Shown here in pieces: positions 20,578-32,900 of a stretch of DNA of 64,000 nucleotides (within the stretch, counting starts at the first letter, position 1; every line of letters starts with the position of its first letter). Source of the DNA: an uncultured Acidobacteriota bacterium (GTDB lineage Bacteria; Acidobacteriota; Blastocatellia; RBC074); assembly GCA_963796275.1 (NCBI GenBank), contig CAWCKY010000006.1, positions 1,312,001 through 1,376,000 of the forward strand, given 5' to 3'. A program made the translations under genes and the position numbers. The notes under the pieces were generated by a model, which did no database searches, had not been told where the DNA came from, and saw only the letters and a list, made by a program, of their open reading frames with translations.

Positions 20578-21139
20578 CGTTGTGTTTATCTTCCAACCTC
20601 TTTCTAGTATGACGTACTGCTTCGTCGTAATGTTCTTCTAACGCTCGGTTCACTCCTCTCAGCCCTAAAACGACATCGTCTGCCCAATCCAGGTAACCCA
20701 GTCTTCTTTCAATAGACCATTCTTTTGGGGGGCTGTTACCAATATCATTTATATTGCTGATCTTGTCGGCCAGTTTGATCAGCTTTGCGGCTGTAGATTT
20801 ATGATGGGAATTGGCGACCTGAAGACGCTTTCTCTCCTCTTTCGGTAAAGTTTTGTCGTCAGAAACCTCTTCGACTAAATTTAATACTTCTTTGCCGAAT
20901 AATGCCTCGATCTCGCTCGGAGTGGCATCCGTATCTTCGAGTGTGTCGTGTAGGATGGCCGCCACGATCGTATCAATATCGCGAACCGAGCCGATTCGCC
21001 ATAGTATATCAGCAACAGTGATAGGATGGTTTATGTAAGGAGAGGCATCGGCTCCCTTCCGCCTTTGATTACGGTGTTTGTGGGCGGAATACTTGATCGC
21101 AGAAATAAGGAGGGAAATTTGTTTTTCGTCTGCATTCAT
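20570..21139 (-). CDS. Stand-alone HD-domain (p)ppGpp hydrolase-like protein (Mesh1/SAH type)
   Basis: [30 protein letters not shown] and KLADKISN motifs; no synthetase domain. Overlaps the rnhA start. Confidence 0.88.
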   Translation of the reverse strand: MNADEKQISLLISAIKYSAHKHRNQRRKGADASPYINHPITVADILWRIGSVRDIDTIVAAILHDTLEDTDATPSEIEALFGKEVLNLVEEVSDDKTLPKEERKRLQVANSHHKSTAAKLIKLADKISNINDIGNSPPKEWSIERRLGYLDWADDVVLGLRGVNRALEEHYDEAVRHTRKRLEDKHNDV

Positions 21140-21218
21140 AATATTGCCTATCTGTTTTCCAAGTTCCAATTATCATTTATCATCTGACTTTGCTTAGTTT
21201 TGTAGATTGAATAATAAA

Positions 21219-22622
21219 ATGCTACTGACAATTACTACAACACATTCACCGGCGACAGATCTCGGGTATTTACTGCACAAAAATCCGGCTCGCACACAAA
21301 CATTCGACCTGAGCTTCGGCCGGGCACATGTTTTCTATCCCGAAGCCCGGGAAGAGAGATGCACGGCCGCATTGCTGCTCGATATTGATCCCGTCGGACT
21401 TGTGCGTGGAAGGCATGGGCCCGCGGGTGAGGGCGGCATGCTGGGGCAATATGTCAATGACCGACCATACGTTGCCTCGTCATTTTTGAGCGTTGCCATC
21501 TCGCAAATATTTGGCACAGCGATGTCCGGACGGAGCAAGGAAAGGCCGGAATTAGCAGAAACGGCGCTGCCGTTTCAAGTAAAGATCACCGCTCTACCGT
21601 GTCGCGGAGGTAAAGATGTGTTGCAGAGGTTGTTTGAGCCACTCGGTTACGAGGTGAGGGCGCAGAGCCACGTCCTTGATGATAGTTTTCCCGAGTGGGG
21701 CGACAGCATGTATTTCACCGTTGAACTGGATGTCATAGCGCGTTTGCGCCAATTACTTGCGCATATATATGTGCTCGTTCCGGTGCTCGATGCCGACAAG
21801 CACTACTGGATAGGCGATGCGGAGGTGGAGAAACTGCTGCGGCACGGTGAGGACTGGCTGGCGTCACATCCTGAGCGCGAGCTGGTCGTCAGACGCTATC
21901 TGAAGCATCGCAAGCAGCTGACGCAGCAGGCGTTTGAGAGATTGCTTGAGGAGGACAATCGAAACGCCGATGAAAAAGCCGAGTCCCACTCTCGTGAAGA
22001 GGATGTTTGGGAAGCGAAGATCAGCCTCAGCCAGCAACGGCTCGATACGGTTGTGTCTGTTTTGAAGGAACATGATGCGAGACGCGTCATTGATCTGGGC
22101 TGCGGCGAGGGCGGGCTGCTAGGGGCACTGTTAAAAGACAAGTTCTTCATTGAGTTGCTCGGCGTCGATGTCTCATACCGCGCCCTGGAAGTTGCACAGG
22201 AGCGGTTGAAGCTGGATCATCTTCCGGATCATCAGAAATCGCGCATCAGACTGTTGCAAGGATCTCTGACATACCGCGACAGGCGGTTAGCGGGCTTTGA
22301 TGCGGCCACCGTGGTTGAGGTGATCGAACATCTCGATCCGCCGCGACTGGTGGCGTTTGAGAGATCGCTCTTCGAATTCGCCCGGCCACCGATCGTATTG
22401 ATCACCACGCCGAATGCCGAATACAACGTGAAGTTTGAAAACCTCCCCGCAGGTAACCTGCGGCACAGGGATCATCGGTTCGAATGGACTCGCGCAGAAT
22501 TTCAGCAATGGGCTGTAAATGTGGCGCAAAGATTCGGATATTCGGTTCGCTTTCTTACTATCGGACCGGTCGATGATGTCCTGGGAGCTCCGAGCCAGTT
22601 GGGAGTATTTACCAAGATATGA
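21219..22622 (+). CDS. hen1: 3'-terminal RNA ribose 2'-O-methyltransferase Hen1
   Basis: N-terminal PATDLGYLLHKNP and YVNDRPYVASS; MTase motifs DLGCGEG, EVIEHL, TTPNAEYN and RHRDHRFEWTR. Confidence 0.96.
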   Translation: MLLTITTTHSPATDLGYLLHKNPARTQTFDLSFGRAHVFYPEAREERCTAALLLDIDPVGLVRGRHGPAGEGGMLGQYVNDRPYVASSFLSVAISQIFGTAMSGRSKERPELAETALPFQVKITALPCRGGKDVLQRLFEPLGYEVRAQSHVLDDSFPEWGDSMYFTVELDVIARLRQLLAHIYVLVPVLDADKHYWIGDAEVEKLLRHGEDWLASHPERELVVRRYLKHRKQLTQQAFERLLEEDNRNADEKAESHSREEDVWEAKISLSQQRLDTVVSVLKEHDARRVIDLGCGEGGLLGALLKDKFFIELLGVDVSYRALEVAQERLKLDHLPDHQKSRIRLLQGSLTYRDRRLAGFDAATVVEVIEHLDPPRLVAFERSLFEFARPPIVLITTPNAEYNVKFENLPAGNLRHRDHRFEWTRAEFQQWAVNVAQRFGYSVRFLTIGPVDDVLGAPSQLGVFTKI

Positions 22623-25210
22623 AGCTCAATCTACCGGAACTGTCTCTCGTCGTTCTGATCGGCGCCTCGGGTTCCGGAAAGTCGACTTTTGCGCGAAAGC
22701 ATTTCAAACCGACAGAGGTGATATCGTCGGATTACTGTCGAGGTTTGGTGTCGGACGACGAGAATAGCCTGGATGCGACTAAGGATGCTTTTGAGATTTT
22801 AAATTTCATTGCTGCAAAAAGGCTCGCAGCCGGTAGATTGACGGTCATAGACGCTACCAGCGTCCAGCCTGAAGCGCGCAAGCCTCTGATAACGCTGGCG
22901 CGCGAATATCACGTGTTGCCGGTTGCCATCGTTCTCAACCTCCCTGAAAAGGTCTGCCAGGATCGCAATAAGCTACGTCCGGATCGCAACTTCGGCTCGC
23001 ACGTCATCAGACAGCAGCAACAGAGACTGAGGCGATCGCTTAATGATTTGGAGAAGGAGGGATTTCGGAACGTCTACATCCTGAGATCGCCGGAAGAGAT
23101 TGATGCTGTCACGATCGAACGGCAAAGGCTCTGGAATGATCGGCGGGATGAACACGGCCCGTTTGACATCATCGGAGATGTGCATGGCTGCTACGACGAG
23201 CTGACGAACCTGTTGGAGAAACTCGGCTACGAGATTAAGTCGGTCAGTCCGGATGGTCCACCGGCCGGCGATAACCTGGTTTATGAGCATCCGCAGAAGC
23301 GGAAAGCCATATTCCTCGGCGACCTGGTCGACCGTGGGCCACGAATTCTCGAGACCTTGGAGCTCGTCAAGAATATGGTCGTGGCGGAGTCGGCTTTGTG
23401 CGTGCCAGGCAATCACGATGTCAAGTTCGCCAGGCTCCTCCGCGGTCGCAACGTGAGACTCGCGCACGGACTCGATCAGAGTAAGGCCGAGATGGACGCA
23501 TTGCCGGAGGCTCTGCGCAGTCGGTTAGCGACCGGTCTCGCCGATTTCATCGAATCGTTGGTGAGCCATTTTGTGCTGGATGATGGGGGACTCGTCGTAG
23601 CTCATGCGGGAATGAAAGAGACGCTCCAGGGTAGAAGCTCAGGGAAAGTTCGCGATTTCGCGCTCTACGGCGAAACGACCGGTGAGACGGATGAGTTCGG
23701 CTTGCCTGTACGTTATAACTGGGCGGCCGAGTATCGCGGCAAAAGCATGGTCGTATACGGTCACACGCCTGTGCCGGAAGCGGAATGGCTAAATAACACG
23801 ATCTGTATTGATACCGGATGTGTGTTCGGCGGTAAATTGACAGCATTGCGCTACCCGGAAAGAGAATTGGTCGCGGTTACTGCTGCGCGCGTTTATTACG
23901 ACTCGATCAAACCTCTTCTGACCATAAATGCGAGCTCGACACCGATGACGGCTCAGCAGGAGCATGATGACATCCTCGATATCGAAGATGTGTCGGGCAA
24001 GCGCATCATCCAGACCAGGCTGATTAGCAATGTGACGATTCGTGAAGAGAACGCGATCGCAGCGCTCGAGGTGATGAGCCGTTTCGCCGCGAACCCGAAA
24101 TGGTTGATCTATCTGCCTCCCACTATGTCGCCGCCGGCGACCGCGCAAGAAGCAGGACTGCTGGAACATCCGTCGGAGGCGTTCTCCTATTTCGCGAACG
24201 AAGGCGTGGCGCAGGTTGTCTGCCAAGAGAAGCACATGGGATCGCGCGCCATAGTGATCGTTTGCCGCGACGAGGGCGCGGCGCACAAGCGATTCGGTAT
24301 TGCCGGCGAAGGCAGAGGCATAGTCTATACGCGCACGGGGCGGCGCTTCTTCGATGATCGAGATATCGAGACCGAATTTGTTAGTCGTTTGCATACGGCC
24401 GTCGGCGCAGCCGGGTTTTGGGAGGAGTTCGATACCGATTGGGTCTGTCTTGATTGTGAATTGATGCCATGGTCGGCTAAGGCGCAGGAATTGCTGCGCC
24501 GGCAGTATGCGGCGGTCGGTGCGGCTGCACGCGCTTCTCTACCTGCCGTCCTTGCATCGCTGCAGCAAGCTGCTGAACGCGACAGCGATGCCGCGCGACT
24601 GCTGGAGCGCTACCGGGAATCCGCTGAATTGATAGAAAAATACGTTAATAGCTATCGACATTACTGCTGGCCGGTGCATTCAGTCGATGACCTGAAGCTT
24701 GCGCCTTTTCATCTACTGGCGACCGAAGGTGTGGCGCACGTAATGAGAGATCATGTCTGGCATATGAAGACGCTGGGTCGCCTCTGCCGCGCCGATGAGG
24801 GTCTATTGCTGGCTACCGATTATAAAGTTATTGAAATTTCTGATGAATCCAACCGGCGCGCGGGAATCGAGTGGTGGGAATCGCTGACCAGCCGAGGCGG
24901 CGAAGGGATGGTAGTGAAACCTCTCGATTTCATCGTCAATGGGCGTCGAGGGCTGGCCCAGCCGGCGGTTAAATGTCGCGGGCGTGAATACCTTCGGATA
25001 ATTTACGGGCCTGAGTACACGATTGCAGGTAACCTGGAGAGGCTCCGGGAGCGGGAGTTGCGTCACAAACGCTCTCTGGCGCTGCGCGAATTCACGTTAG
25101 GCCTAGAAGCTCTCGAGAGATTCGTTCTCCGCGAACCGCTACGGCGCGTTCATGAATGTGTCTTCGGCGTTCTAGCTCTGGAGAGCGAACCGATCGATCC
25201 GCGACTTTGA
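22619..25210 (+). CDS. pnkp: Polynucleotide kinase-phosphatase-ligase Pnkp
   Basis: Kinase GASGSGKST; phosphoesterase GDVHG, GDLVDRG and GNHD; ligase EKHMGSR, EGMVVKP and KCRGREYLRIIYG. ATGA overlap with hen1. Confidence 0.96.
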   Translation: MKLNLPELSLVVLIGASGSGKSTFARKHFKPTEVISSDYCRGLVSDDENSLDATKDAFEILNFIAAKRLAAGRLTVIDATSVQPEARKPLITLAREYHVLPVAIVLNLPEKVCQDRNKLRPDRNFGSHVIRQQQQRLRRSLNDLEKEGFRNVYILRSPEEIDAVTIERQRLWNDRRDEHGPFDIIGDVHGCYDELTNLLEKLGYEIKSVSPDGPPAGDNLVYEHPQKRKAIFLGDLVDRGPRILETLELVKNMVVAESALCVPGNHDVKFARLLRGRNVRLAHGLDQSKAEMDALPEALRSRLATGLADFIESLVSHFVLDDGGLVVAHAGMKETLQGRSSGKVRDFALYGETTGETDEFGLPVRYNWAAEYRGKSMVVYGHTPVPEAEWLNNTICIDTGCVFGGKLTALRYPERELVAVTAARVYYDSIKPLLTINASSTPMTAQQEHDDILDIEDVSGKRIIQTRLISNVTIREENAIAALEVMSRFAANPKWLIYLPPTMSPPATAQEAGLLEHPSEAFSYFANEGVAQVVCQEKHMGSRAIVIVCRDEGAAHKRFGIAGEGRGIVYTRTGRRFFDDRDIETEFVSRLHTAVGAAGFWEEFDTDWVCLDCELMPWSAKAQELLRRQYAAVGAAARASLPAVLASLQQAAERDSDAARLLERYRESAELIEKYVNSYRHYCWPVHSVDDLKLAPFHLLATEGVAHVMRDHVWHMKTLGRLCRADEGLLLATDYKVIEISDESNRRAGIEWWESLTSRGGEGMVVKPLDFIVNGRRGLAQPAVKCRGREYLRIIYGPEYTIAGNLERLRERELRHKRSLALREFTLGLEALERFVLREPLRRVHECVFGVLALESEPIDPRL

Positions 25211-25283
25211 ACAGACAGCTCACCGCCAAACCTGCATAGCTAAACGAAAGACATAAAGGAATCCTTTCATATTTGCTTAAAAT

Positions 25284-26921
<1,638 letters not shown>

Positions 26922-27056
26922 TCTCCCTCCTCTAAATTCTGTGATGTAAGCTGGGATTTTCGGATAAACCTTACTCGATCCCAGCTCCTGCTCCTGTCCC
27001 AATTGATTTCTCAACCCGAATGGCGAATTCCAGTATCTCACCCCCAGCTGATTTCA

Positions 27057-28463
27057 CTATGGATGTGTCATCTCTTCCGGCCGAATAAGCTCGTCAAATT
27101 CCGCGCCGGTCAGGCATCCGAGCCTCAGGCATGCTTCACGGAGCGTGATTCCTTCCACATAGGCAAGATGAGCGATCCTGGCTGCCTTGTCGTAGCCGAT
27201 CTTTGGACTCAGCGCGGTAACGAGCATGAGCGAGTTCTTGACGTAATAATCCACCTTTTCCCGGTTGATTGTCATGCCATCGATCATATATTTGACGAAA
27301 CCGTAGCACGCGTCGTGGATCAGAGTGACCGATTGCAAAAAGTTATGGATGATCACAGGTTTGAATACATTGAGTTCGAGGTTTCCCTGTGATCCGGCAA
27401 ATGAGATCGCGGCATTATTGCCATGCACCTGAACCGCGACCATCGACATAGCTTCGCACTGCGTCGGGTTGACTTTTCCCGGCATAATCGAGGAGCCGGG
27501 CTCGTTTTCAGGTAATCTCAGTTCGCCTATCCCGCAGCGCGGACCCGAGGCGAGCAGGCGAATATCATTGGCTATTTTCATCAGGGATCCGGCCAGCGTA
27601 TTGATCGCCCCGTGTGCAAAGACGAGTTCATCATGCGCAGAGAGCGCGGCGAATTTGTTCGGATGAGTGCGGAAGGGCAGCCCGGTCATTTCTGCGATCT
27701 TTGCCGCCATGCGTACGGCGAACTCAGGAGGAGCATTCAACCCGGTTCCGACTGCCGTACCTCCGATGGCGAGATCGTACAAACCGTCGAGCGCAATCTT
27801 CAGTCGTTCGATATCACGCTCGAGCAGACTGGCCCATCCCGACATCTCCTGTTCAACGGTGAGCGGCGTGGCGTCCTGCAGATGCGTGCGGCCGATCTTA
27901 ACTACGTCCGCCAGCTCCCTGGCCTTGGCCGCAATTGCCAAATGAACTCGCAGAACCGCGGGTATCAAGTCGTTGTGAATCCGTTCGGCCGCTGCAATGT
28001 GCATCGCGGTCGGGAACGCATCGTTCGACGATTGCGACATATTGACGTGGTCATTGGGATGGATGGGGTCCTTGGAACCCAGCTCGCCACCGGAGATCTC
28101 GATCGCGCGGTTGGCGATGACCTCGTTGATGTTCATGTTGGTCTGAGTGCCGCTTCCCGTCTGCCAGATGCGCAGAGGGAACTGGTCATCGAGTTTTCCG
28201 GAGATGACTTCATCGGCGGCTTGCGCGATGAGCGCCGCTTTTTCTGCCGGCAATCGTCCCAGCTCCATATTGACCTGGGCTGCCGCTGATTTCAGGAGGC
28301 CGAGCGCGCGTATCATTTCGTGCGGCATCTTGTCGCTTCCGATCTTGAAATGGATGAGCGAGCGTTCCGTCTGAGCGCCCCAGTAGACGTCGGCGGGTAC
28401 ATCGATCGGTCCCAGACTGTCGTTTTCGATGCGCTTCGCTTTTTTTGTTTTTGAGCGAGCCAT
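27057..28463 (-). CDS. fumC: Class II fumarate hydratase
   Basis: [29 protein letters not shown] and [15 protein letters not shown] motifs. Confidence 0.97.
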   Translation of the reverse strand: MARSKTKKAKRIENDSLGPIDVPADVYWGAQTERSLIHFKIGSDKMPHEMIRALGLLKSAAAQVNMELGRLPAEKAALIAQAADEVISGKLDDQFPLRIWQTGSGTQTNMNINEVIANRAIEISGGELGSKDPIHPNDHVNMSQSSNDAFPTAMHIAAAERIHNDLIPAVLRVHLAIAAKARELADVVKIGRTHLQDATPLTVEQEMSGWASLLERDIERLKIALDGLYDLAIGGTAVGTGLNAPPEFAVRMAAKIAEMTGLPFRTHPNKFAALSAHDELVFAHGAINTLAGSLMKIANDIRLLASGPRCGIGELRLPENEPGSSIMPGKVNPTQCEAMSMVAVQVHGNNAAISFAGSQGNLELNVFKPVIIHNFLQSVTLIHDACYGFVKYMIDGMTINREKVDYYVKNSLMLVTALSPKIGYDKAARIAHLAYVEGITLREACLRLGCLTGAEFDELIRPEEMTHP

Positions 28464-28470
28464 GGCAAAA

Positions 28471-28638
28471 CAGTTCTCAGTTTTCAGTTTTCAGTTTTCA
28501 GTTGGGAATGTTGGTCAGCATCTAAAAACGGAAAACTGTTATCAGAGGAGGTAAATATATTAACATTATTGTCCAAAGCAGTTTCCCGATTTTATTTGGG
28601 GCCTACAACTGAAAACCGAAAACTGAAAACTGAAAACT
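28471..28638. repeat. Inverted element with heptamer-repeat arms, (TTTTCAG)n ... (CTGAAAA)n
   Basis: About 4-5 heptamer units per arm in inverted orientation around about 100 bp of unique sequence. Confidence 0.8.
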
Positions 28639-28827
28639 ATTTCTAGTCTGCAGGGTATCTGTACTCAACTTTTTTCCCTATAATGTCGCCATTCCGCAGA
28701 GACCCGGGAATCGGAGAGGGATTTTCCCACGACAGTCCATCGATACCGCGAATTTTGGTTTGTGGGGTAATTTGACTTTTGATTCCAGAATGTCAATCCA
28801 TCACTAAATACTGGAGGCTGAGAGATA

Positions 28828-29811
28828 ATGAAATCATTTTATAACCAACCTCTCGTTGGTTGCTTGATTGCGCTGTTAGCATTAGCCGGTCTGTCGTGCA
28901 ACTCGAACGAAACGAGAAGCGGAGAGGGTAAGACGCTGCGCCTGGCGTTCGTGACCAACAATTCTTCCGATTTCTGGACGATTGCGCGTAAAGGGACAGA
29001 AAAAGCTGATACTGAGCTGGAGAATGTCGAGGTCGAATTCAGAATCAATTCGGATGACACGGCGGCCGGACAGCAGCGCGTGGTAGACGATCTGCTCGCC
29101 AAGGGGGTCGATGGAATTGCCATCAGCCCCGTCGATCCGAAAAACCAGGTTCAGATGATCAACGCCGCATCGAGCAAGGCGCTGGTCATCACGCAGGACA
29201 GCGATGCGGCTGATAGTAATCGCACCTGCTACATCGGCACCGACAACGTGGCTGCCGGCAAGCAGGCAGGCGAACTGATAAAAGAGGCTCTGCCGCAGGG
29301 CGGAAATATCATGATTTTCGTTGGAATACTCGATGCCCAGAACGCGCGTGAGCGGAAGAGCGGGATTGAACAGGCGCTGGAGGGCTCGAACGTCAAAATC
29401 CTCGATGTCCGGACTGACAACGCCGACCGCGTGGCCGCTAAAAAGAATGCCGCTGATACACTGGTCAAATATCCCGATATATCCGCGCTCGTCGGCCTCT
29501 GGTCGTATAACGGCCCGGCCATCCTCAGCGCAGTCAAAGAGGCTGGGAAAGTCGGAAAAGTGAAGATCATCGCCTTCGACGAAGAGGATGATACGCTCGC
29601 GGGCATCAAGGAAGGAGCCATCTATGCGACGGTGGTTCAACAGCCCTTTAGATTTGGCTACCAATCGATACAGCTGATGACGAAAGTGATTGGCGGTGAC
29701 CGGTCCGATCTCACTCCATCGAAGCAGATCTATATTCCGACACTTATCATCAAGCAAGATAAGGTGGATGAGTTCATAACAGAAATCAATAAGCTGCGCG
29801 GTCGTAGCTGA
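28828..29811 (+). CDS. Sugar ABC transporter substrate-binding lipoprotein (RbsB/LacI-like fold)
   Basis: Lipobox LAGLS-C; GVDGIAISP, YIGTDNVAAG and TVVQQPF motifs. Confidence 0.9.
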   Translation: MKSFYNQPLVGCLIALLALAGLSCNSNETRSGEGKTLRLAFVTNNSSDFWTIARKGTEKADTELENVEVEFRINSDDTAAGQQRVVDDLLAKGVDGIAISPVDPKNQVQMINAASSKALVITQDSDAADSNRTCYIGTDNVAAGKQAGELIKEALPQGGNIMIFVGILDAQNARERKSGIEQALEGSNVKILDVRTDNADRVAAKKNAADTLVKYPDISALVGLWSYNGPAILSAVKEAGKVGKVKIIAFDEEDDTLAGIKEGAIYATVVQQPFRFGYQSIQLMTKVIGGDRSDLTPSKQIYIPTLIIKQDKVDEFITEINKLRGRS

Positions 29812-29814
29812 AGC

Positions 29815-29900
29815 GTTCCAGTAGAGAAGAGTATAAGCGACCTGAACGTGTGGCGGCCATTTTATCGTGGTTCAGGTCGCTTACGCTCCCGCTACTGAAC
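29815..29900. repeat. Inverted GTAG-type REP pair between convergent genes
   Basis: CAGTAG...TAAGCGACCTGAAC / GTTCAGGTCGCTTACGCTCCCGCTACTGAAC. Confidence 0.7.
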
Positions 29901-29907
29901 CTTATCT

Positions 29908-32900
29908 TCAAAAGTAGATCTTCACTGCAAGCTGCACCACACGATTTCCTGAGACAAAACCGGGCTGGCCGTTGAATTCCTGCGTGGCTCTGCCGAGCGG
30001 CCCGGTAATAGGCGAGTTCGCTCCGCCGCGCAGGTTGCGCAGCGACGAACTTGAACCCTGTTGGTTCGCCCTGTAATTCATAAAATCTCCCGCGACATTG
30101 AACGTCAGACCGGCGTTGAAGTTATCGAATTGCGCTTGATTGAAGACGTTGAAGGCCTCCATGCGCAATTGGATGTAACGCGCCGAATCGCCCCCGAGCG
30201 GGATGTTCTTGAAGAGTGATAGATCGGTCAGGTTTAGGCCTGGCCGGCGGATTGTGGAGCGCGGCTGAGGCCCGGGGTTGATGTTCGGCATTGCGATCTT
30301 TGTGTAATCGAAAGCCCTTTCTCGGTTGATCGCCGGTTGCGCGTCACCGGTAATGATCGGACGCGGGCCTTCCGTCCACGAGCCGCTGATGCGCTGCGAT
30401 GTGTTGATATCCGGTATTCCATAGCCGAGTTCCAGCGGCTGTCCCGACATGAATTGCGAAACGCCCGTGATCTGCCAACCGTTGAGAACGCCTTTTATCA
30501 GCCGGTTGTTGATCCGCGACTTGGGAAGGTCGTAAAGATAATTGACCACGAGCGTGTGCTTGCGGTCGAAGCTGAGCAGGCGATAATCGTAGCAGCGCGA
30601 GCAGACGATGTTGATAAAGTTGCCCTCCGCGTCGCTGGCCGTGCCGAGCGCTTTTGACCATGTGTAAGCGAGCCCGAATGTCAGTCCTTGCCGGAAACGA
30701 CGCTGAGCCGTCACTTGCAGCGAATGATAATTTGAAGAACCGCCGAACGTTTTGTACTGAACCGTGTTATAGCCGGGATAGCGGCGCAGTAGATCAGCCG
30801 GGAGCGCGAGCTGCCCTGAAAATTTCAACCCTGCGTCCCGGTAGACTTGCGGCAGTCCATCCTCCATTTCGGGTATTTGGTTCCCCGGGAAGCGCGACGG
30901 GTCCTGCGCTTCTTTGGTGAAGAGCGCTCCGTATGGGATGGCGTTGAGATTGATGTCTTCGGGAAGGTGGCGCGAGAGCGTTCCTACATAACCGACGCTC
31001 AGCACTGTGTCGAAACCTAGATCCTGCTGCACCTGAAAACTGAAGCTCTGCACATTCGGTATATATCCTTTGGGGTCCACGCCGAACACTCCCGACGTTC
31101 CGAATGCTACTTGCCCGGCGCTCGCATTCGCGCCCACCGTGTTCAGGCTGCCGAATTCGAACCGCGGAGTGTATAAGATGGGCGGCCGCGCGGCGGCAGC
31201 CAGGATCACGTTGTTGTTCGAAACACGGTCATACGCTATGCGGTAGCCGCCGCGCACGACGGTCTTCTGATTACCGAAGACGTCGAAGGCGAAACCGAAT
31301 GCCGGGCCGAACTGAACACCGCGATTCTCGAAACCTCCGCGCATAAATCCCTTCGAGTCCTCCAGCATCCCGTTGGCCGGATCGCCCGATCCAGGCACGA
31401 TCAATCCGATATAGTTGGACGGCAGTGTATTGCCACTGGGATCAACGGCCCTCCGCTGTCCATCCACCATGATCGGCGTATAGAGGCTAACTGCCTTCGA
31501 CGGATCGTATCTCTCCGGGACGAAGAAGGCTGATGCCATCCGCTGGTCGTATTGCGGTTGAAACCAGGTGAACCGCATCCCGTAATCGAGCGTCAGCCTG
31601 CGCGTGGCTTTCCAATTATCCTGCAGATACCATTCGACATTGGTGTATCGGAACTGAACCTGATAGATGGGGCGCGTGGGCTCACTGAGAGAATCGAAAT
31701 TACCCAATAGTGCGTTGGCATACGGGTGACCGGCATTATTCGGGTTGTTGATGTTGTTGCTGAAGGCGATGCTCAGCGAGCCGCCGGCCGGCGTATCCTT
31801 GCGGTTGCGCTGAACGTAGATGCCCGCCTTGGCCGTGTGCGTACCCCAGACTTTGCTCACGTTGTCATAAAAATCGAAGAGCGGGTTGGTGTTCTTGTAC
31901 GGGAACTGGGCGTAACCCGCAGATCCGGCGAAATTCTGAGTGGGGGTGCCGCCGAAACTGATGTTGATGAACTGCGTCGCCGGATAGGCGTATGGCAGCC
32001 CGAAATTGAAGCCTAGTCCCGCATATGTCGCCGCGTCTTTATTCGACGGGTCGAGCGTCAGTGTGTTCATGCTCGCGCCGAAGATGAATTCGTTGGTCAG
32101 CGTCGGCGAAAGCGTTGTCGTGATGTTGAGCGCGCTGTTCCATGCGGGCGCCTGTTTGAAGACCAGGTTGTCGAGCGGGATCTGGTTGTTGCCGCCCGTC
32201 CAGCCCAGGCCGTATGGCATCACCTGCACCTCGGAATCGCGCGTGTAGCGGATGAACGCTCGGGTATTCTCGGTCATGTTGTAATCGAGCCGGATGTTGT
32301 ATTCGCGGCGCGGGTACGAGACGCTCAGTTGCGATTGATGGTTGAAGAGCGGAAACCCGGCGTCAGTATTGGCGAAGCTGTTGAATTTCCTGAGGATCGC
32401 CACACCGTTCGGGTCGAACCGGTCGACCGGAATCACGTTGTTCGGGAAGCATGCCGCCTGATAGTTAATCGCCTGATTAGGATTGTTCGGCGTTGCCTCG
32501 CAACGCCCACTCTCTCTGGGATCGCGGATATAAATTTTGTTGCCATTGCCATCGACTGTGGTGCTGAAATCTCCATTGAGTTCGGCGGCGGTGGGCACGC
32601 GGGATTGCCGCGCTCCCTGCGGCAGCAACTGTTCTTGCCAGTCTTGCGACCAGAAGAAGAAGAGCTTGTCCTTCAGAATATTTTTCGGAAGCAAAACCGG
32701 ACCGCCGATGTTATAGCCCTGATAGTTGTAGCGGTAAAAGTTGCGCGGTCGATTGGGGTATCCATCTTTTCGCACGCCTTCGGAATTGTTGAAGAAGCTA
32801 TTGGCATTGAACTGCTCGTGGCGATGGAAGTAGTAGCCTGTGCCGTGAAAATTCTTCGTCCCCCCTTTCGTCACGATCTGCACTGAACCGCCGGCTGACC

